A stretch of 64,000 nucleotides of DNA from a virus. A model generated the notes under the pieces. It did not search any database. It was not told the DNA's origin and was given only the letters and a program-made list of their open reading frames with translations. Shown one piece after another: positions 48,901-59,231 of this stretch. Position numbers and translations under genes: made by a program. The DNA is taken from IMG/VR virus record IMGVR_UViG_3300025466_000015; one strand, written 5' to 3'. Numbering within the stretch: position 1 is the first letter of the stretch; every line of letters starts with the position of its first letter.

Positions 48901-51900
48901 GTTTAAGAATGGTTATTTGGTAGATGGCTTTACTGGTTCAGGTGTTGCTGACGTTAGAAATCCTGACTATGCAGCTTCAATCGATGGCGTTGCACAAATA
49001 GCAAGACCACCACACTTTTCTAATGTTGCTTCATACTTTGTTGATACAAATCAAGGCGCATTTGTAAATCCTATATCACCAACTACTGGAAAAACAAACG
49101 ATAAATTAACATTAAAGAATAATATTGTAACATTTTCTTATGATGAAACATCATTGGTAGTTCAGGAAGTTGCTTCGGAAGTTATTGATGTCAATCCATT
49201 CAATGTCATTTCATTCACTGGAGCAGTAACGCTGTCACCTTCGAGTGATGTATGGTACTCAACACAGACGCAACCCAACATTAATATTGTTACTGATGAC
49301 CAATCTGCGTGGGTTGCTGCAGTTGGAGGTACAGGCAATGGTTCACAATGGAATGATTGGCAATTAAACTGGACAGGCCAACCAACAGATACTGTTATTT
49401 CTTCCGCTGATCAGGCGTCTATTACGAGAGATACCACTGCAATTACCAATGCAATTCAATCACAAGGATTGACTTCTGCTGTTAATGGTGGACCAATTCA
49501 AGTCAGTTCCACAACTCAGATTCTTTCTAATGCTGTTATACCTTATGCAAGGTCAATACCGGTACACTTTACAATAAACGGTTTAGCTCCATTTACACAG
49601 ATACATACATTCTTGAATGGTAGTGGTGTTGACCGTTATGTTACACCAGATGTTGGATACACAGACACAATTAATTATATTACTATTGTAAATCCAGGTT
49701 CTGGTTATACTGATGGAAACTATTTACCAATTATAAACATTGTTGGTCCAAGTGATATACAAGCTGTCGCTACGGCAAATGTTTCGGGTGGCCAAATTGT
49801 TGCTATTAACTTTACTAGATTTGGTTCTGGTTATCGTTCAATACCTACAATTCAAGTAACTGGCAGTAATTTATCACCTGCTGTATTGACTGCAAATGGT
49901 GCAGGTTATTTGGGTGGTAATTTGGTAACTGATATTAATGGTACCGCTGAAGGAACTATAACTATTCCAAATAATCAATATTTGAATATTCCAACAGGAA
50001 CAATATTGGTTGAATTTGGAGATAATATTATAACTCCTTCAATCAGTAATGTTTATGCGAGAACAACATTCGTATCACAAGGAACACTACAAACAACACA
50101 AACAACTGTGGTGTCTACAAGACCACCAATTGCAACATCAAAACCACAAGTTGTCGAAAGAACTCAAGTTAGATGTACTGGAAACAATTACACTCCAGTA
50201 GTTCCAAGTGGAATAACGGTAAGTTCTGATGGCGCAGCATCTGTTGGAGGCGGTGGTGGGGCTGTACCAGTTATTACATATGAAACAGGCGGTTGGGGAG
50301 TTAATAATCCACAAACCACTAATATTCCTGTTGGAGGTTCTCAAGCTACTGCTTATGTGGATTCGGTGGCTCAAAGTTACGGTTGGTCACCAACAAACGT
50401 TTGTGTGGCTGCCGATGTTGCTGCAACAGTTACTGGTATTGATACTAGTTTAGGAAATGTATTTGGTGCAAGTGTACCAGCATGTGTTGGTATGCAAGCG
50501 GTAAACGCTGTTGCAGCCACAACAGCATCAACTGGTTGTTTTGGTGGAGCTTTGTTAAGCGTTATATGTTATATAGATAATCATACCTCTGATCAGGTTG
50601 CAGCTGCAGCTGCGTATCTATCTGATAATCCAGGTGATGTTACTGGTGCCGCAGCCGCTGGAAATGCCGTTGATCCAGTATCACAAAATTTCTATGTTGA
50701 TGCAACAAAATATCCAAATGGTGTATTCTTGTCTTCAGTAGATTTGTTCTTTGCAACAGTTGATGCGACTATACCAGTAAATGTCCGTATACGACCAACT
50801 GTAAATGGTTATCCTGATGCTGTCAATGACATTCCGGGTTCTATTGTATGGAAGAATCCGTCTCAAGTTAATATACCTGATCCAGCAAGTATAACAAATG
50901 GTATCGGACCAGCTACAACATTCACATTTGATCATCCAGTATATCTACAACCTGGTCAATATTCAATCATGGTTGCAGCCAATTCTAATGCTTATACGAT
51001 GTATGCTTCCAAACTTGGTCAAGTCCAATATGGAACAAATTATGTAATAAATGCTATTAACTATGCTGCATCATTATTCAAATCACAAAACTCATCTACA
51101 TGGATACCTGCTCCAGGAGAAACACTATGTTTCAACTTGAAGATTTGCGACTTTGCTGGTGGTTCAACAACATTTAAAGTAACTTCTAATGCATCTCCAA
51201 CAGCCATTCAATATGATTTGATGCAATTGATTAATTCTGATTTGTCTTTTAATTCATTAGATTCAATTAATTATAATGTTACACCAAAAGACTTTACTAC
51301 ATCAGCAAATAATGTTGTTTATCCTTTGTTACCAGGTCAAACACATCAATTTCCAACAAGACAAATTCAAAGTTCTCAAAACGATATTGTAATTCAACCA
51401 ACATTAACAAACATTGATCGTTGGACTTCTCCTGTTGTGGACTTGGAACGTTTGAATACAATATTGGTTAAGAACATCATCACTCCTTATGTGACGAATG
51501 GTACACCACCTTATTATTCCGCCAACACAGCTTCAGAGGTAATGGGTGGTTTTGGCCAAGGTAATGCAGCTGCAAAATATATTACTCGCCGTGTTACATT
51601 AAATAATAACTTTGCATCAACTGGTATTACAGTATATGTTGATGTGAATCGTCAACCAGGAACCAAGATTGAAGTTTATTGTAAAGTTCAAAATCAATAT
51701 GATAAAAACAATTTTGACAATCAACCATATATCTTAATGAGTCCAATATTGACACCAGGTTCAGGTTTACCTGTGACTGGTGCAACAGATTATGTGTCAG
51801 ACACATATCAATCTTTGAATATTACATATAATGATATCGTAACCGGAACTACATATACCAACTTTAATGTGTTTGCTATTAAAGTTGTATTCTATTCTGA

Positions 51901-51955
51901 TAATCCAGCAATTGCGCCACAAATTAAAAACTTCCGTGCAGTTGCTACAGCATGA
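45983..51955 (+). CDS. large virion structural protein (DUF4815/VrlC-like)
   Basis: PYYDDF ... RILFKPG ... QARELTQ, APGADR, LDFRP, RRYTMRD, DPVSQNF, SVDLFF. Confidence 0.85.
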   Translation: MALDFTGDPYYDDFDPTKNFHRILFKPGYAVQARELTQSQTILQDQISKFGTGVFQDGSKVSGGNITVDTNVITCKLSTDATTVISNLVGLFAVGQTSNFIAQVNSVDVPNLYISTKPVNTANKISFSSGETINFYNTKIEALASLNSTVTAAYTVTAKSTNIITRNSTGTYLSPTLNISTGNINVGDTITITSINFSATVIDIIDANSLTLNNPLIKDVSSATTQITNQISVRALEVNIDDGVWFTNGFFVANYKSSIVPNSLTIYPSSVVGFEVDEFTVDAASDASLLDPAIGASNYQAPGADRYKISLNLVVKPYVNDQTVTNLTTNKFIELVRINAGTVEDINSVPILSDVSAAIATAVSDISGDFIVNPFSLLIGSTSNAQSELISSSISAGKAYLGGYPIQHISQTPYYLQKARSTNVLFDQDIETYYGDYTRVKNLNGSIIDFQTSPVVELHNVAFGAASTSTKIGTARVRNFSYDSGNLSTTEYKAFLFDINLTNNVFANVASIILPNGSNYSTPLFSANTVSPVTLVDNTYNSLIFPLPQTNISNVSSVNYVTTRKYSSQTFASGIGVVTASTGNEIFQGGSGTISSSVAQQNFIVVTKSASGGYPAGHFVPMDQSNVSVTITNSPGTPQASINIAGNFTGTADVYAVISVTNDTQQTKLLHTNYAVQVSANTTLTAIDLGKSDIYNFRGVYELGNTHNYLGAWSNTTSYSTNDSVIYDDGVVYISLANSNSNHQPNTATSSWSSVTNNLINYTADNGQKDAYYDHGTITNVSGVSKGNVVAVFDYFTHSGGSGYFSVNSYPVNYINIPSFTSPQYGTTYSLRDVLDFRPRRTDNNTTFDSYQLPAPFNNAFVNYGYYLNRIDKIVLYPNGQFKTITGTPAYTNPVAPSDVPGTLTIFTIYFPAYTYTKDSIQVTPTNLRRYTMRDVGLLDKRISTLESYTSLSILENQVTGSDVTDSTGLNLLFKNGYLVDGFTGSGVADVRNPDYAASIDGVAQIARPPHFSNVASYFVDTNQGAFVNPISPTTGKTNDKLTLKNNIVTFSYDETSLVVQEVASEVIDVNPFNVISFTGAVTLSPSSDVWYSTQTQPNINIVTDDQSAWVAAVGGTGNGSQWNDWQLNWTGQPTDTVISSADQASITRDTTAITNAIQSQGLTSAVNGGPIQVSSTTQILSNAVIPYARSIPVHFTINGLAPFTQIHTFLNGSGVDRYVTPDVGYTDTINYITIVNPGSGYTDGNYLPIINIVGPSDIQAVATANVSGGQIVAINFTRFGSGYRSIPTIQVTGSNLSPAVLTANGAGYLGGNLVTDINGTAEGTITIPNNQYLNIPTGTILVEFGDNIITPSISNVYARTTFVSQGTLQTTQTTVVSTRPPIATSKPQVVERTQVRCTGNNYTPVVPSGITVSSDGAASVGGGGGAVPVITYETGGWGVNNPQTTNIPVGGSQATAYVDSVAQSYGWSPTNVCVAADVAATVTGIDTSLGNVFGASVPACVGMQAVNAVAATTASTGCFGGALLSVICYIDNHTSDQVAAAAAYLSDNPGDVTGAAAAGNAVDPVSQNFYVDATKYPNGVFLSSVDLFFATVDATIPVNVRIRPTVNGYPDAVNDIPGSIVWKNPSQVNIPDPASITNGIGPATTFTFDHPVYLQPGQYSIMVAANSNAYTMYASKLGQVQYGTNYVINAINYAASLFKSQNSSTWIPAPGETLCFNLKICDFAGGSTTFKVTSNASPTAIQYDLMQLINSDLSFNSLDSINYNVTPKDFTTSANNVVYPLLPGQTHQFPTRQIQSSQNDIVIQPTLTNIDRWTSPVVDLERLNTILVKNIITPYVTNGTPPYYSANTASEVMGGFGQGNAAAKYITRRVTLNNNFASTGITVYVDVNRQPGTKIEVYCKVQNQYDKNNFDNQPYILMSPILTPGSGLPVTGATDYVSDTYQSLNITYNDIVTGTTYTNFNVFAIKVVFYSDNPAIAPQIKNFRAVATA

Positions 51956-52161
51956 TAATTGATATGAAACTACTAAAAGTTAAAGATCATCCACATTTGG
52001 TTAAAGATATGGACAGCAAAGCGATATTGAATACAAACTATGCCGCTTTGGTTGAATATAGAAAAAGAAAGCAAATGGAAGAAGAAGTTCAATCACTTAG
52101 GAGTGATGTCTCGGAGATGAAAGATTCTTTAAATAAGATACTATCTCTGCTCAATAAATAA
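51952..52161 (+). CDS. small conserved coiled-coil protein
   Basis: KVKDHPHLVKD ... AILN then heptads. Confidence 0.75.
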   Translation: MIIDMKLLKVKDHPHLVKDMDSKAILNTNYAALVEYRKRKQMEEEVQSLRSDVSEMKDSLNKILSLLNK

Positions 52162-52187
52162 AACAATAAGATTATCGGAAATAACAG

Positions 52188-55067
52188 ATGGCCAATACAG
52201 TTACAATTCTAAGTTACGCTAATACTTTTGGTGAATGGGTAACCACGACCAATAAGTTGGCACAAGAAAATAATGACCTAGCGGCCAATAATTATTTCAA
52301 ATATTCCGGAACATTATACCTAAATGATGTAACTTTAGGTTTATCAGTAGCCAACAATGCCGTTTTTGGTGGACAATTATCAGTCCAAGGTGTTGGTTCT
52401 TCATTCTATGTTCAAAGAAATGCAAGAGTTGATGGTACAATATACAATACCAACACATCATTAAGTTTGGTAACTTCTGGTCAAGCTAATATTGGTGGTC
52501 CTTTATTAGCTTTGAGTTCTGGAACAGGTCTTAATGTTGCCAATAACTCATTATTCAACGGAACAATTATGGTAGTTGGTCAATCCAACCTAAACGGCAA
52601 TACGGTCATATCGAACACCTTGTTTATAACTGGTAGTACCAACATATCAAATACAGTCTATATTACTGGAACAACAACTGTATCAAATAACGTAAATATT
52701 ACGGGTAATACAATTATTGGAGGTAATATTAATGTTGTACAAAATGTTTATGCCAATAATACAACATTATTAAATCAAGTTACGGCAAATAATTTTGTTG
52801 CTAATACTTCTCTTGTATCGCCTTTGATTTATTCAAGCAATACACAGTCAAATTATTTTGTGGCTAATACAAGTGTTCAAACACCAACATTAATTGTAAT
52901 TGGTACTGAATATGTAGATACAGTCTCTGCCAATACACTAGTAACTACTCCTCTTGTTACAGTTACAACAAGAGTTGATGCAAATTCAGCAATAGGTTAT
53001 TTTGGATCTATTCAAGCACCTTATATCATATCTCCAACATTATTTACTACAACCACTTATGGAAAAAATCTAGTTGCCAATACAAGTGTGCAGACACCAA
53101 CACTGGTGGTTATTGGTACGGAATATGTAGATACAATTAGAGCCAATACTATAATTACAACACCAGTTGCTAATGTTGCTAATTCTTTATATGCCAACAA
53201 TGCTTCGGGTTATTTTAATACATTACAAACAACCGGTCAATTTACCGTTGGTGGAAACTTTGTTATCAATGGTTCTACTGTATATAATGCAAATACATTC
53301 ACATTAAATGCTGGTAGTTCTATAGGTTTGCAGAGTGCTTATACAGTCAATAGAGGAATTACAGGTGCTAATGCTGCCATTCGTTGGAATGAAGGTTCGC
53401 AATATTGGGATATTAATAATGTTACATCAGGTTCTTATTATAGAATTCTTACCACAGAACAATTAGACAATACTGTTTTATCAACAAGTACAATTACAGC
53501 ACCAACTTCTAATGTTGCTAATACACTAAACAATAACATTACAGCTGTTTTTGGTTATGCTCAATCAGCATATAACAAGGCAAATGCAGCTAATGTATTG
53601 GCACAATCTGCTTATAATTCTGGTAATAGTAACTATACCATATTAAGCACATATTCCACATCAGGATATGATAGAGCAAATGCAGCTAACGTATTGGCTC
53701 AATCCGCTTACAACAAAGCAAATACAGGTTCTGGTACATTCAATGGTACCACGGGTCAAGCCGTATCAAGTAATGGTGTTATTACTTTCTCAAGTACAAA
53801 TGGTGTAACAATTACCGGATCAGCAAATACGCTTACCATTAATACACCACAGAGTGTTGTGAGTGGTGCTGCACCAACATTTTCTGGTGCCAACTTTAGC
53901 AGTATTCCAAATGGTGCTTTGACAAATAGCACGGTCACGGTTAACGGAGTTTCTTTTAGTCTTGGTGATTCAAAAACAGTTACGGCTGCTGCAGGCACTT
54001 TAACGGGTACCACATTAAATTCTGGTGTAACATTATCCAGTCTAACGCAAGTGGGTACAATTACATCTGGTACTTGGAGTGCTTCTTTTGGTGCTGTGAG
54101 TGGTGCCAATTTAACCAGTTTAACTGCTGGTAATTTAACTGGAACTATACCTTCAAGTGTATTAGGTAATTCTAATCATTATATTGGCACAACATCAATT
54201 GCTTTGAATCGTTCAAGTGCTTCACAAACATTGACTGGTGTTTCTATTGATGGCAATTCTGGTACAACATCACAAACCAATTTTAGTAATTTAACGATCA
54301 ATAGCTCGCAAGTATTGTATGCTGGAAATTACAATTCTTATTCACCAACATTAACTGGTGGTAATGCTTCGGGAACCTGGAATATCAATATTTACGGTAA
54401 CTCAGCAACTACTTCACAAACTAACTTCAGCAATCTAACAATTGGTAGTTCACAGGTACTATATGCTGGAAATTACAATTCTTATTCACCAACATTAACT
54501 GGTGGTAATGCTTCAGGTACTTGGAGTATTAATGTGACAGGTAGTTCTGGCTATGCCACTTATGCTGGTTATGTCAACGGTAATGCAAGTTCATATCAAG
54601 CTGTTTACTATGATTATGCATCTACTGGGTATTATATACAACCAAGCGCTTCTTCATTTATGAATGCATTGACAGTATCTGGTCTTAATGTAGGTGGTGG
54701 ATTAGGATCAGTTGTATACGGCGAAATTCGTGCAGGTTCCAATATTACTGCTTATTATTCTTCAGATAAGAAATTGAAAGAAAATATTAGAGATATTCCT
54801 AATGCTTTAGATACTGTATTGTCTATTGGTGGTAAACTTTTTGATTGGACAGATGAATATATTACAAAAAGAGGCGGCGAAGACGGTTATTTTGTTCAAA
54901 AATCAGATTTTGGTGTGATTGCTCAAGACGTCCAATCAGTATTTCCTGTAGCTATTAGAACAAAACCTGATGGTACACTTGTTGTTGATTATGAAAAACT
55001 ATGTGCTTTAGCCTTTGCAGCCATCAGAGAATTAAAGGGTGAAGTAGAAATCCTAAAAGGTAAATAA
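52188..55067 (+). CDS. tail fibre with C-terminal intramolecular chaperone (peptidase S74)
   Basis: NTFGEWVTTTN start; SSDKKLKENI ... FDW ... GVIAQDV ... VDYEKL plus coiled coil. Confidence 0.85.
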   Translation: MANTVTILSYANTFGEWVTTTNKLAQENNDLAANNYFKYSGTLYLNDVTLGLSVANNAVFGGQLSVQGVGSSFYVQRNARVDGTIYNTNTSLSLVTSGQANIGGPLLALSSGTGLNVANNSLFNGTIMVVGQSNLNGNTVISNTLFITGSTNISNTVYITGTTTVSNNVNITGNTIIGGNINVVQNVYANNTTLLNQVTANNFVANTSLVSPLIYSSNTQSNYFVANTSVQTPTLIVIGTEYVDTVSANTLVTTPLVTVTTRVDANSAIGYFGSIQAPYIISPTLFTTTTYGKNLVANTSVQTPTLVVIGTEYVDTIRANTIITTPVANVANSLYANNASGYFNTLQTTGQFTVGGNFVINGSTVYNANTFTLNAGSSIGLQSAYTVNRGITGANAAIRWNEGSQYWDINNVTSGSYYRILTTEQLDNTVLSTSTITAPTSNVANTLNNNITAVFGYAQSAYNKANAANVLAQSAYNSGNSNYTILSTYSTSGYDRANAANVLAQSAYNKANTGSGTFNGTTGQAVSSNGVITFSSTNGVTITGSANTLTINTPQSVVSGAAPTFSGANFSSIPNGALTNSTVTVNGVSFSLGDSKTVTAAAGTLTGTTLNSGVTLSSLTQVGTITSGTWSASFGAVSGANLTSLTAGNLTGTIPSSVLGNSNHYIGTTSIALNRSSASQTLTGVSIDGNSGTTSQTNFSNLTINSSQVLYAGNYNSYSPTLTGGNASGTWNINIYGNSATTSQTNFSNLTIGSSQVLYAGNYNSYSPTLTGGNASGTWSINVTGSSGYATYAGYVNGNASSYQAVYYDYASTGYYIQPSASSFMNALTVSGLNVGGGLGSVVYGEIRAGSNITAYYSSDKKLKENIRDIPNALDTVLSIGGKLFDWTDEYITKRGGEDGYFVQKSDFGVIAQDVQSVFPVAIRTKPDGTLVVDYEKLCALAFAAIRELKGEVEILKGK
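54318..54514. repeat. 53-bp exact repeat within tail fibre (144-bp period)
   Basis: TATGCTGGAAATTAC...GGTAATGCTTC at 54318-54370 and 54462-54514. Confidence 0.9.
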
Positions 55068-55112
55068 CCAGATGGCATAAATATCCTATAGAATATTATC
55101 TCTAGGATTAAA

Positions 55113-55451
55113 ATGCCAGCCGCATACACAAACCTCTACGTTGAACAAGGTACCACTTTTACCACAAATATCACACTGGATGATGTTTATGGTAACTTGT
55201 ATAATCTGACCAGTACAACAGTTGCTGGTACTATCCGTAAATCCTATTACTCAGCAAACGCTATAACCACCTTTACGACAAGTATTGATGTGCCTACGGC
55301 AACTATAAACTTGTCTCTGAGTGCCAATACAACAGCAAATATAGCTCCAGGAAGATACGTTTACGATACGGTAATTACAGATAATGGTTCAAATTTAAAA
55401 ACCAGAATCCTAGAAGGTATTCTAGAGGTTTCTCCAGATGTTACGAGGTAA
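55113..55451 (+). CDS. small virion structural protein
   Basis: NLYVEQGTTF ... IRKSY ... GRYVYD ... RILEG; late-type CATAAATA at 55076. Confidence 0.75.
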   Translation: MPAAYTNLYVEQGTTFTTNITLDDVYGNLYNLTSTTVAGTIRKSYYSANAITTFTTSIDVPTATINLSLSANTTANIAPGRYVYDTVITDNGSNLKTRILEGILEVSPDVTR

Positions 55452-55453
55452 AA

Positions 55454-55690
55454 ATGCCTAACGTAACTGTAAGAAGTCCTAGTCTAATTAAGGTTCAGGT
55501 TGGACCAGTTCCAAATCCTAGAGTTTCTTCAATTCAATATTCGGGTAAAAATTCTTTAGCTTCTGCAACTGATTTGAATTTGGCTGGTCTGGCCAATAAT
55601 GATGTGATTGTTTATAATGCTGCGGGTAGTAACTTCTATGTTACCAATATTAGTAACCTAATGAATCCAATAGATGGCGGATTATTTTAA
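55454..55690 (+). CDS. small fibre-associated protein
   Basis: Ends IDGGLF, like the DGGEF end of the next fibre. Confidence 0.65.
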   Translation: MPNVTVRSPSLIKVQVGPVPNPRVSSIQYSGKNSLASATDLNLAGLANNDVIVYNAAGSNFYVTNISNLMNPIDGGLF

Positions 55691-55737
55691 ATAAATAGAC
55701 CGTGTGTAAAAAATAATAAAAACAAGGAAAACACAGC

Positions 55738-58464
55738 ATGTCAGCATCAAATACCACAATTCTGATTAGACGTTCCACGGCCAATGGAACACCAGGCGTA
55801 TTAAATCAGGGTGAATTAGCCTGGTCGTATGCTTCCGATACATTGTTCATTGGTACTCCAGGTAGTGATGGTTATATCAATATCGGTACTAGACAAGAGA
55901 ATTTAATCACTGCCAATGGTTATGGTTCTCAGAATCAAACTATCGATGGTCAATTGACTATTTCTGGTAATTTGATTGTTCAAGGTACTGCCACATACAT
56001 CGACACGGTCAATCTAATTGCTGAAGAACCTCTGATTTATTTGGCCAACAACAACACGACTGGTGATTCTTTAGACATCGGTTTTGTTGGTCAGTATAAC
56101 AATGGTGTGGCCAATGTCTGGACTGGTCTGGTTAGACATGCTGGTGATTCAGATAAACACTATCACTTGTTCCAAGAATATACAGGCAATCCACAAGATG
56201 GCAATTATAATATTGCTACTGCTAATGCTCAGTACGCTTCAATACAAGCCAACACTTTTATTCTAGACCATGGTGCTGTTTTAGCAGATACTGGTACTTC
56301 TTTATCTTTTGGTTATACTTCAGGTACAACTCAAGGTTGTGGCGCAGTTGCTATTGGTTACGAAGCAGGCCAATCACAAAGTTATTGTGCAATTGCTATT
56401 GGTACTAATGCAGGTAAATTATCTCAATCTTATAGTGCAATCGCTATTGGTGGTAACGCTGGACAGACTTCACAATTGTGTAATTCTATTGCAATCGGTT
56501 TAGGTGCCGGTCAAACTCAAGCATGGGATGCAGTTGCTGTTGGTAGAAGTGCTGGCCAAACAGATCAATCTTATTATGCAGTTGCTGTTGGTAGAAGTGC
56601 TGGTCAGACTTGCCAAGGATACAAAGCAGTTGCCATGGGTCGTTATGCTGGTCAAAATTGCCAACAATATCAAGCAGTTGCCATTGGTACCGAAGCAGGT
56701 CGTTATTCTCAACAAGATGATTCAGTAGCAATCGGTTCTTTTGCTGGTAGAACTTGCCAAGGTTTCAAATCAGTTGCTATCGGTTCTGATGCTGGTTACA
56801 CTCATCAAGGATGTTGGTCAGTTGCTATTGGTAGAAGTGCTGGATGTTATCACCAAGGACATTCATCTGTTGCTATCGGTCACGTTGCTGGTACTAATTG
56901 TCAAGGAGCAGATGCTGTTGCTGTCGGTGTAGGTGCTGGTAAAAACAATCAACAAAATAATGCAATCGCTATCGGTAATAGAGCTGGTTACGGATGCTGT
57001 TGTGGCCAAGGCGAAAATTCAATTATGATTGGTGCTTTGGCTGGTTTCTGTTACTCAGCAACAAATTCTATCGTATTGAATGCTTCAGGAACACATCTAA
57101 ATCCTTGTAATTCTGGTTTCTATGTTAATCCTATTCGTGCTAACAATGCTGTAGGTGGTAATGTTACTACATACAATACAACAACAAAAGAACTTGTTTA
57201 TTCTAATGTAACAATCAATAATCAAGGTATCACATTAGCCAACGGTACAAACATCACAGATACTGCTGGTTCTGCCAATGTTTATATCAAGTATCTACAA
57301 CAAGGATCTTCAAGTAATGTAACCTTCTATAATCCAATTTCTGGAGAATTGACTTATGGTGCTATCAACGCATCACAAATTGCTAATGGTTCATATATTT
57401 GGGCTGTAAGTGGTGTAGATGGTCATCTTTACTCCGATCTAGGAACAGAGATTGCTGACTCGGCAACTAATGTTCTTATTGGTCAAGGATTAGATTTAAG
57501 CAATACGAATGAGTATAGGGTTGCAATTGGTAATAATGCTGGCCAAAACGGCCAAGGTGGTTGTACAGTAGCTATTGGTACTAATGCAGGTTATTCATGT
57601 CAATATTGTGGTGCAATTGCAATTGGTGTTAATGCGGGTCATTGTAGTCAATACTATAACGCTATTGCAATTGGTAATCATGCTGGCGAATCTCAATTGT
57701 GGGATGCAGTTGCTTTAGGTAGAAGTGCTGGTAGTTCAGGACAACACGAGTACGCAGTTGCTGTTGGTAGAAGTGCTGGTCAAACTTGCCAAGGATACAA
57801 AGCAGTTGCTATCGGCCGTTACGCAGGTGAATGTCACCAACAGTACCAATCAGTTGCTATCGGTACTGAAGCGGGTAGATATTGTCAAGTAGACTGTTCA
57901 GTTGCCGTTGGTTCTTTTGCTGGTACTCATTGCCAAAACTATAAAGCAACTGCATTAGGTGGCTATGCAGGTAATTATCACCAACAAAGCTTTGCTGTTG
58001 CCGTTGGATACAATGCTGGTTCGTGTACTCAAGGAACAGCTGCTGTTGCTTTAGGTCATGCTGCTGGTGAATATTGCCAAGGCGGTGATTCCGTTGCAAT
58101 TGGTAGAGCAGCTGGTAGACATTGTCAAAGAGGTGACAGTATCGCAATTGGTACAAGAGCAGGTTACGAAACTCAAGGATGTGGTGCTATTGCAATTGGT
58201 ACTGGTGCTGGATACGGCAACAGTTGTTCTCAAGGTCAATATTCTATTGCAATTGGTTACGATGCTGGTTTCAATCGTGCAGCTGCAGGATCTATCATAT
58301 TGAATGCTTCAGGTAACGATTTGAGTACTTCAAATTCTGGTTTCTATGTATCTTCTACACGTTACGAAGAAAGACAAAATCCAACATATGATGGTATTGC
58401 TTTCTATAATGCAAGTACAAAAGAGTTTAGTTATTCATATGCCTTGGATGGTGGAGAGTTCTAA
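55738..58464 (+). CDS. tail fibre/adhesin with YadA-head-like AVAIGxxAG repeats
   Basis: N-terminal ILIRRS ... GELA ... LFIG; two blocks of about 15-aa repeats. Confidence 0.8.
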   Translation: MSASNTTILIRRSTANGTPGVLNQGELAWSYASDTLFIGTPGSDGYINIGTRQENLITANGYGSQNQTIDGQLTISGNLIVQGTATYIDTVNLIAEEPLIYLANNNTTGDSLDIGFVGQYNNGVANVWTGLVRHAGDSDKHYHLFQEYTGNPQDGNYNIATANAQYASIQANTFILDHGAVLADTGTSLSFGYTSGTTQGCGAVAIGYEAGQSQSYCAIAIGTNAGKLSQSYSAIAIGGNAGQTSQLCNSIAIGLGAGQTQAWDAVAVGRSAGQTDQSYYAVAVGRSAGQTCQGYKAVAMGRYAGQNCQQYQAVAIGTEAGRYSQQDDSVAIGSFAGRTCQGFKSVAIGSDAGYTHQGCWSVAIGRSAGCYHQGHSSVAIGHVAGTNCQGADAVAVGVGAGKNNQQNNAIAIGNRAGYGCCCGQGENSIMIGALAGFCYSATNSIVLNASGTHLNPCNSGFYVNPIRANNAVGGNVTTYNTTTKELVYSNVTINNQGITLANGTNITDTAGSANVYIKYLQQGSSSNVTFYNPISGELTYGAINASQIANGSYIWAVSGVDGHLYSDLGTEIADSATNVLIGQGLDLSNTNEYRVAIGNNAGQNGQGGCTVAIGTNAGYSCQYCGAIAIGVNAGHCSQYYNAIAIGNHAGESQLWDAVALGRSAGSSGQHEYAVAVGRSAGQTCQGYKAVAIGRYAGECHQQYQSVAIGTEAGRYCQVDCSVAVGSFAGTHCQNYKATALGGYAGNYHQQSFAVAVGYNAGSCTQGTAAVALGHAAGEYCQGGDSVAIGRAAGRHCQRGDSIAIGTRAGYETQGCGAIAIGTGAGYGNSCSQGQYSIAIGYDAGFNRAAAGSIILNASGNDLSTSNSGFYVSSTRYEERQNPTYDGIAFYNASTKEFSYSYALDGGEF

Positions 58465-58504
58465 AAGAGTTAGATATATAATATATTAATTATAGGAGTG
58501 TGAG

Positions 58505-59227
58505 ATGAGTCAAGAAAAGTATATGAGTAACTATGTGGATTTGTTAAAGTCCACATTAAATGATCAAATCAGTCGTAATCTCCAGTTACAGGCAACAGCC
58601 AAGACACAAGGTGAGATTATAACTGAAATGAACGCACAAGTAACCAATGCTGCCGAAAATCTTCAGGTGGAAAATTCTCAAGCATTGGCATTGGCTACAC
58701 AAAAACAACAAGAGTTGTCGGAACAAGTTAATAGTTTAACAAAAAGAATTGAACAACTCAATGTTGATAAGCAAAATGAAGTGGTTAAGTTAACTGAATA
58801 TTTTAAAAATCAAATTGCTCAATCGAATACTGATAGAGCAACTGAAACAAGTAATTATAAAAAAACTTTGGGTGATTTGACTAAAAGAATAAATGAATTA
58901 CAAATTGCTAATATTGAATATCAAAATCAATTGGCTGCACCAAATAATGTACAAACTGAATTAGAAAATACTAATATTCTTGTAGAAAATTTGAAAGCTG
59001 AATTGGTTAGCATGGATAAAGAGTTGTCACACATGGATACTCTAAAGAATCAGTTGATTAATACTCAAGGTATGGTTCAAGAAAGAGATGCTATTATTGA
59101 TGAACTGAATGCTACGATTGAAAATTTGAAGACTACTCCTACCAAGAAAAAGAAAACTAGTGTTGACTCGGATGAACCGGTTTCAACATTAGAAACAGCA
59201 ACACAGGAAAATGGTGGAAGTTTTTAA
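58505..59227 (+). CDS. coiled-coil protein
   Basis: Heptad-rich; AGGAG SD. Confidence 0.75.
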   Translation: MSQEKYMSNYVDLLKSTLNDQISRNLQLQATAKTQGEIITEMNAQVTNAAENLQVENSQALALATQKQQELSEQVNSLTKRIEQLNVDKQNEVVKLTEYFKNQIAQSNTDRATETSNYKKTLGDLTKRINELQIANIEYQNQLAAPNNVQTELENTNILVENLKAELVSMDKELSHMDTLKNQLINTQGMVQERDAIIDELNATIENLKTTPTKKKKTSVDSDEPVSTLETATQENGGSF

Positions 59228-59231
59228 ATAG

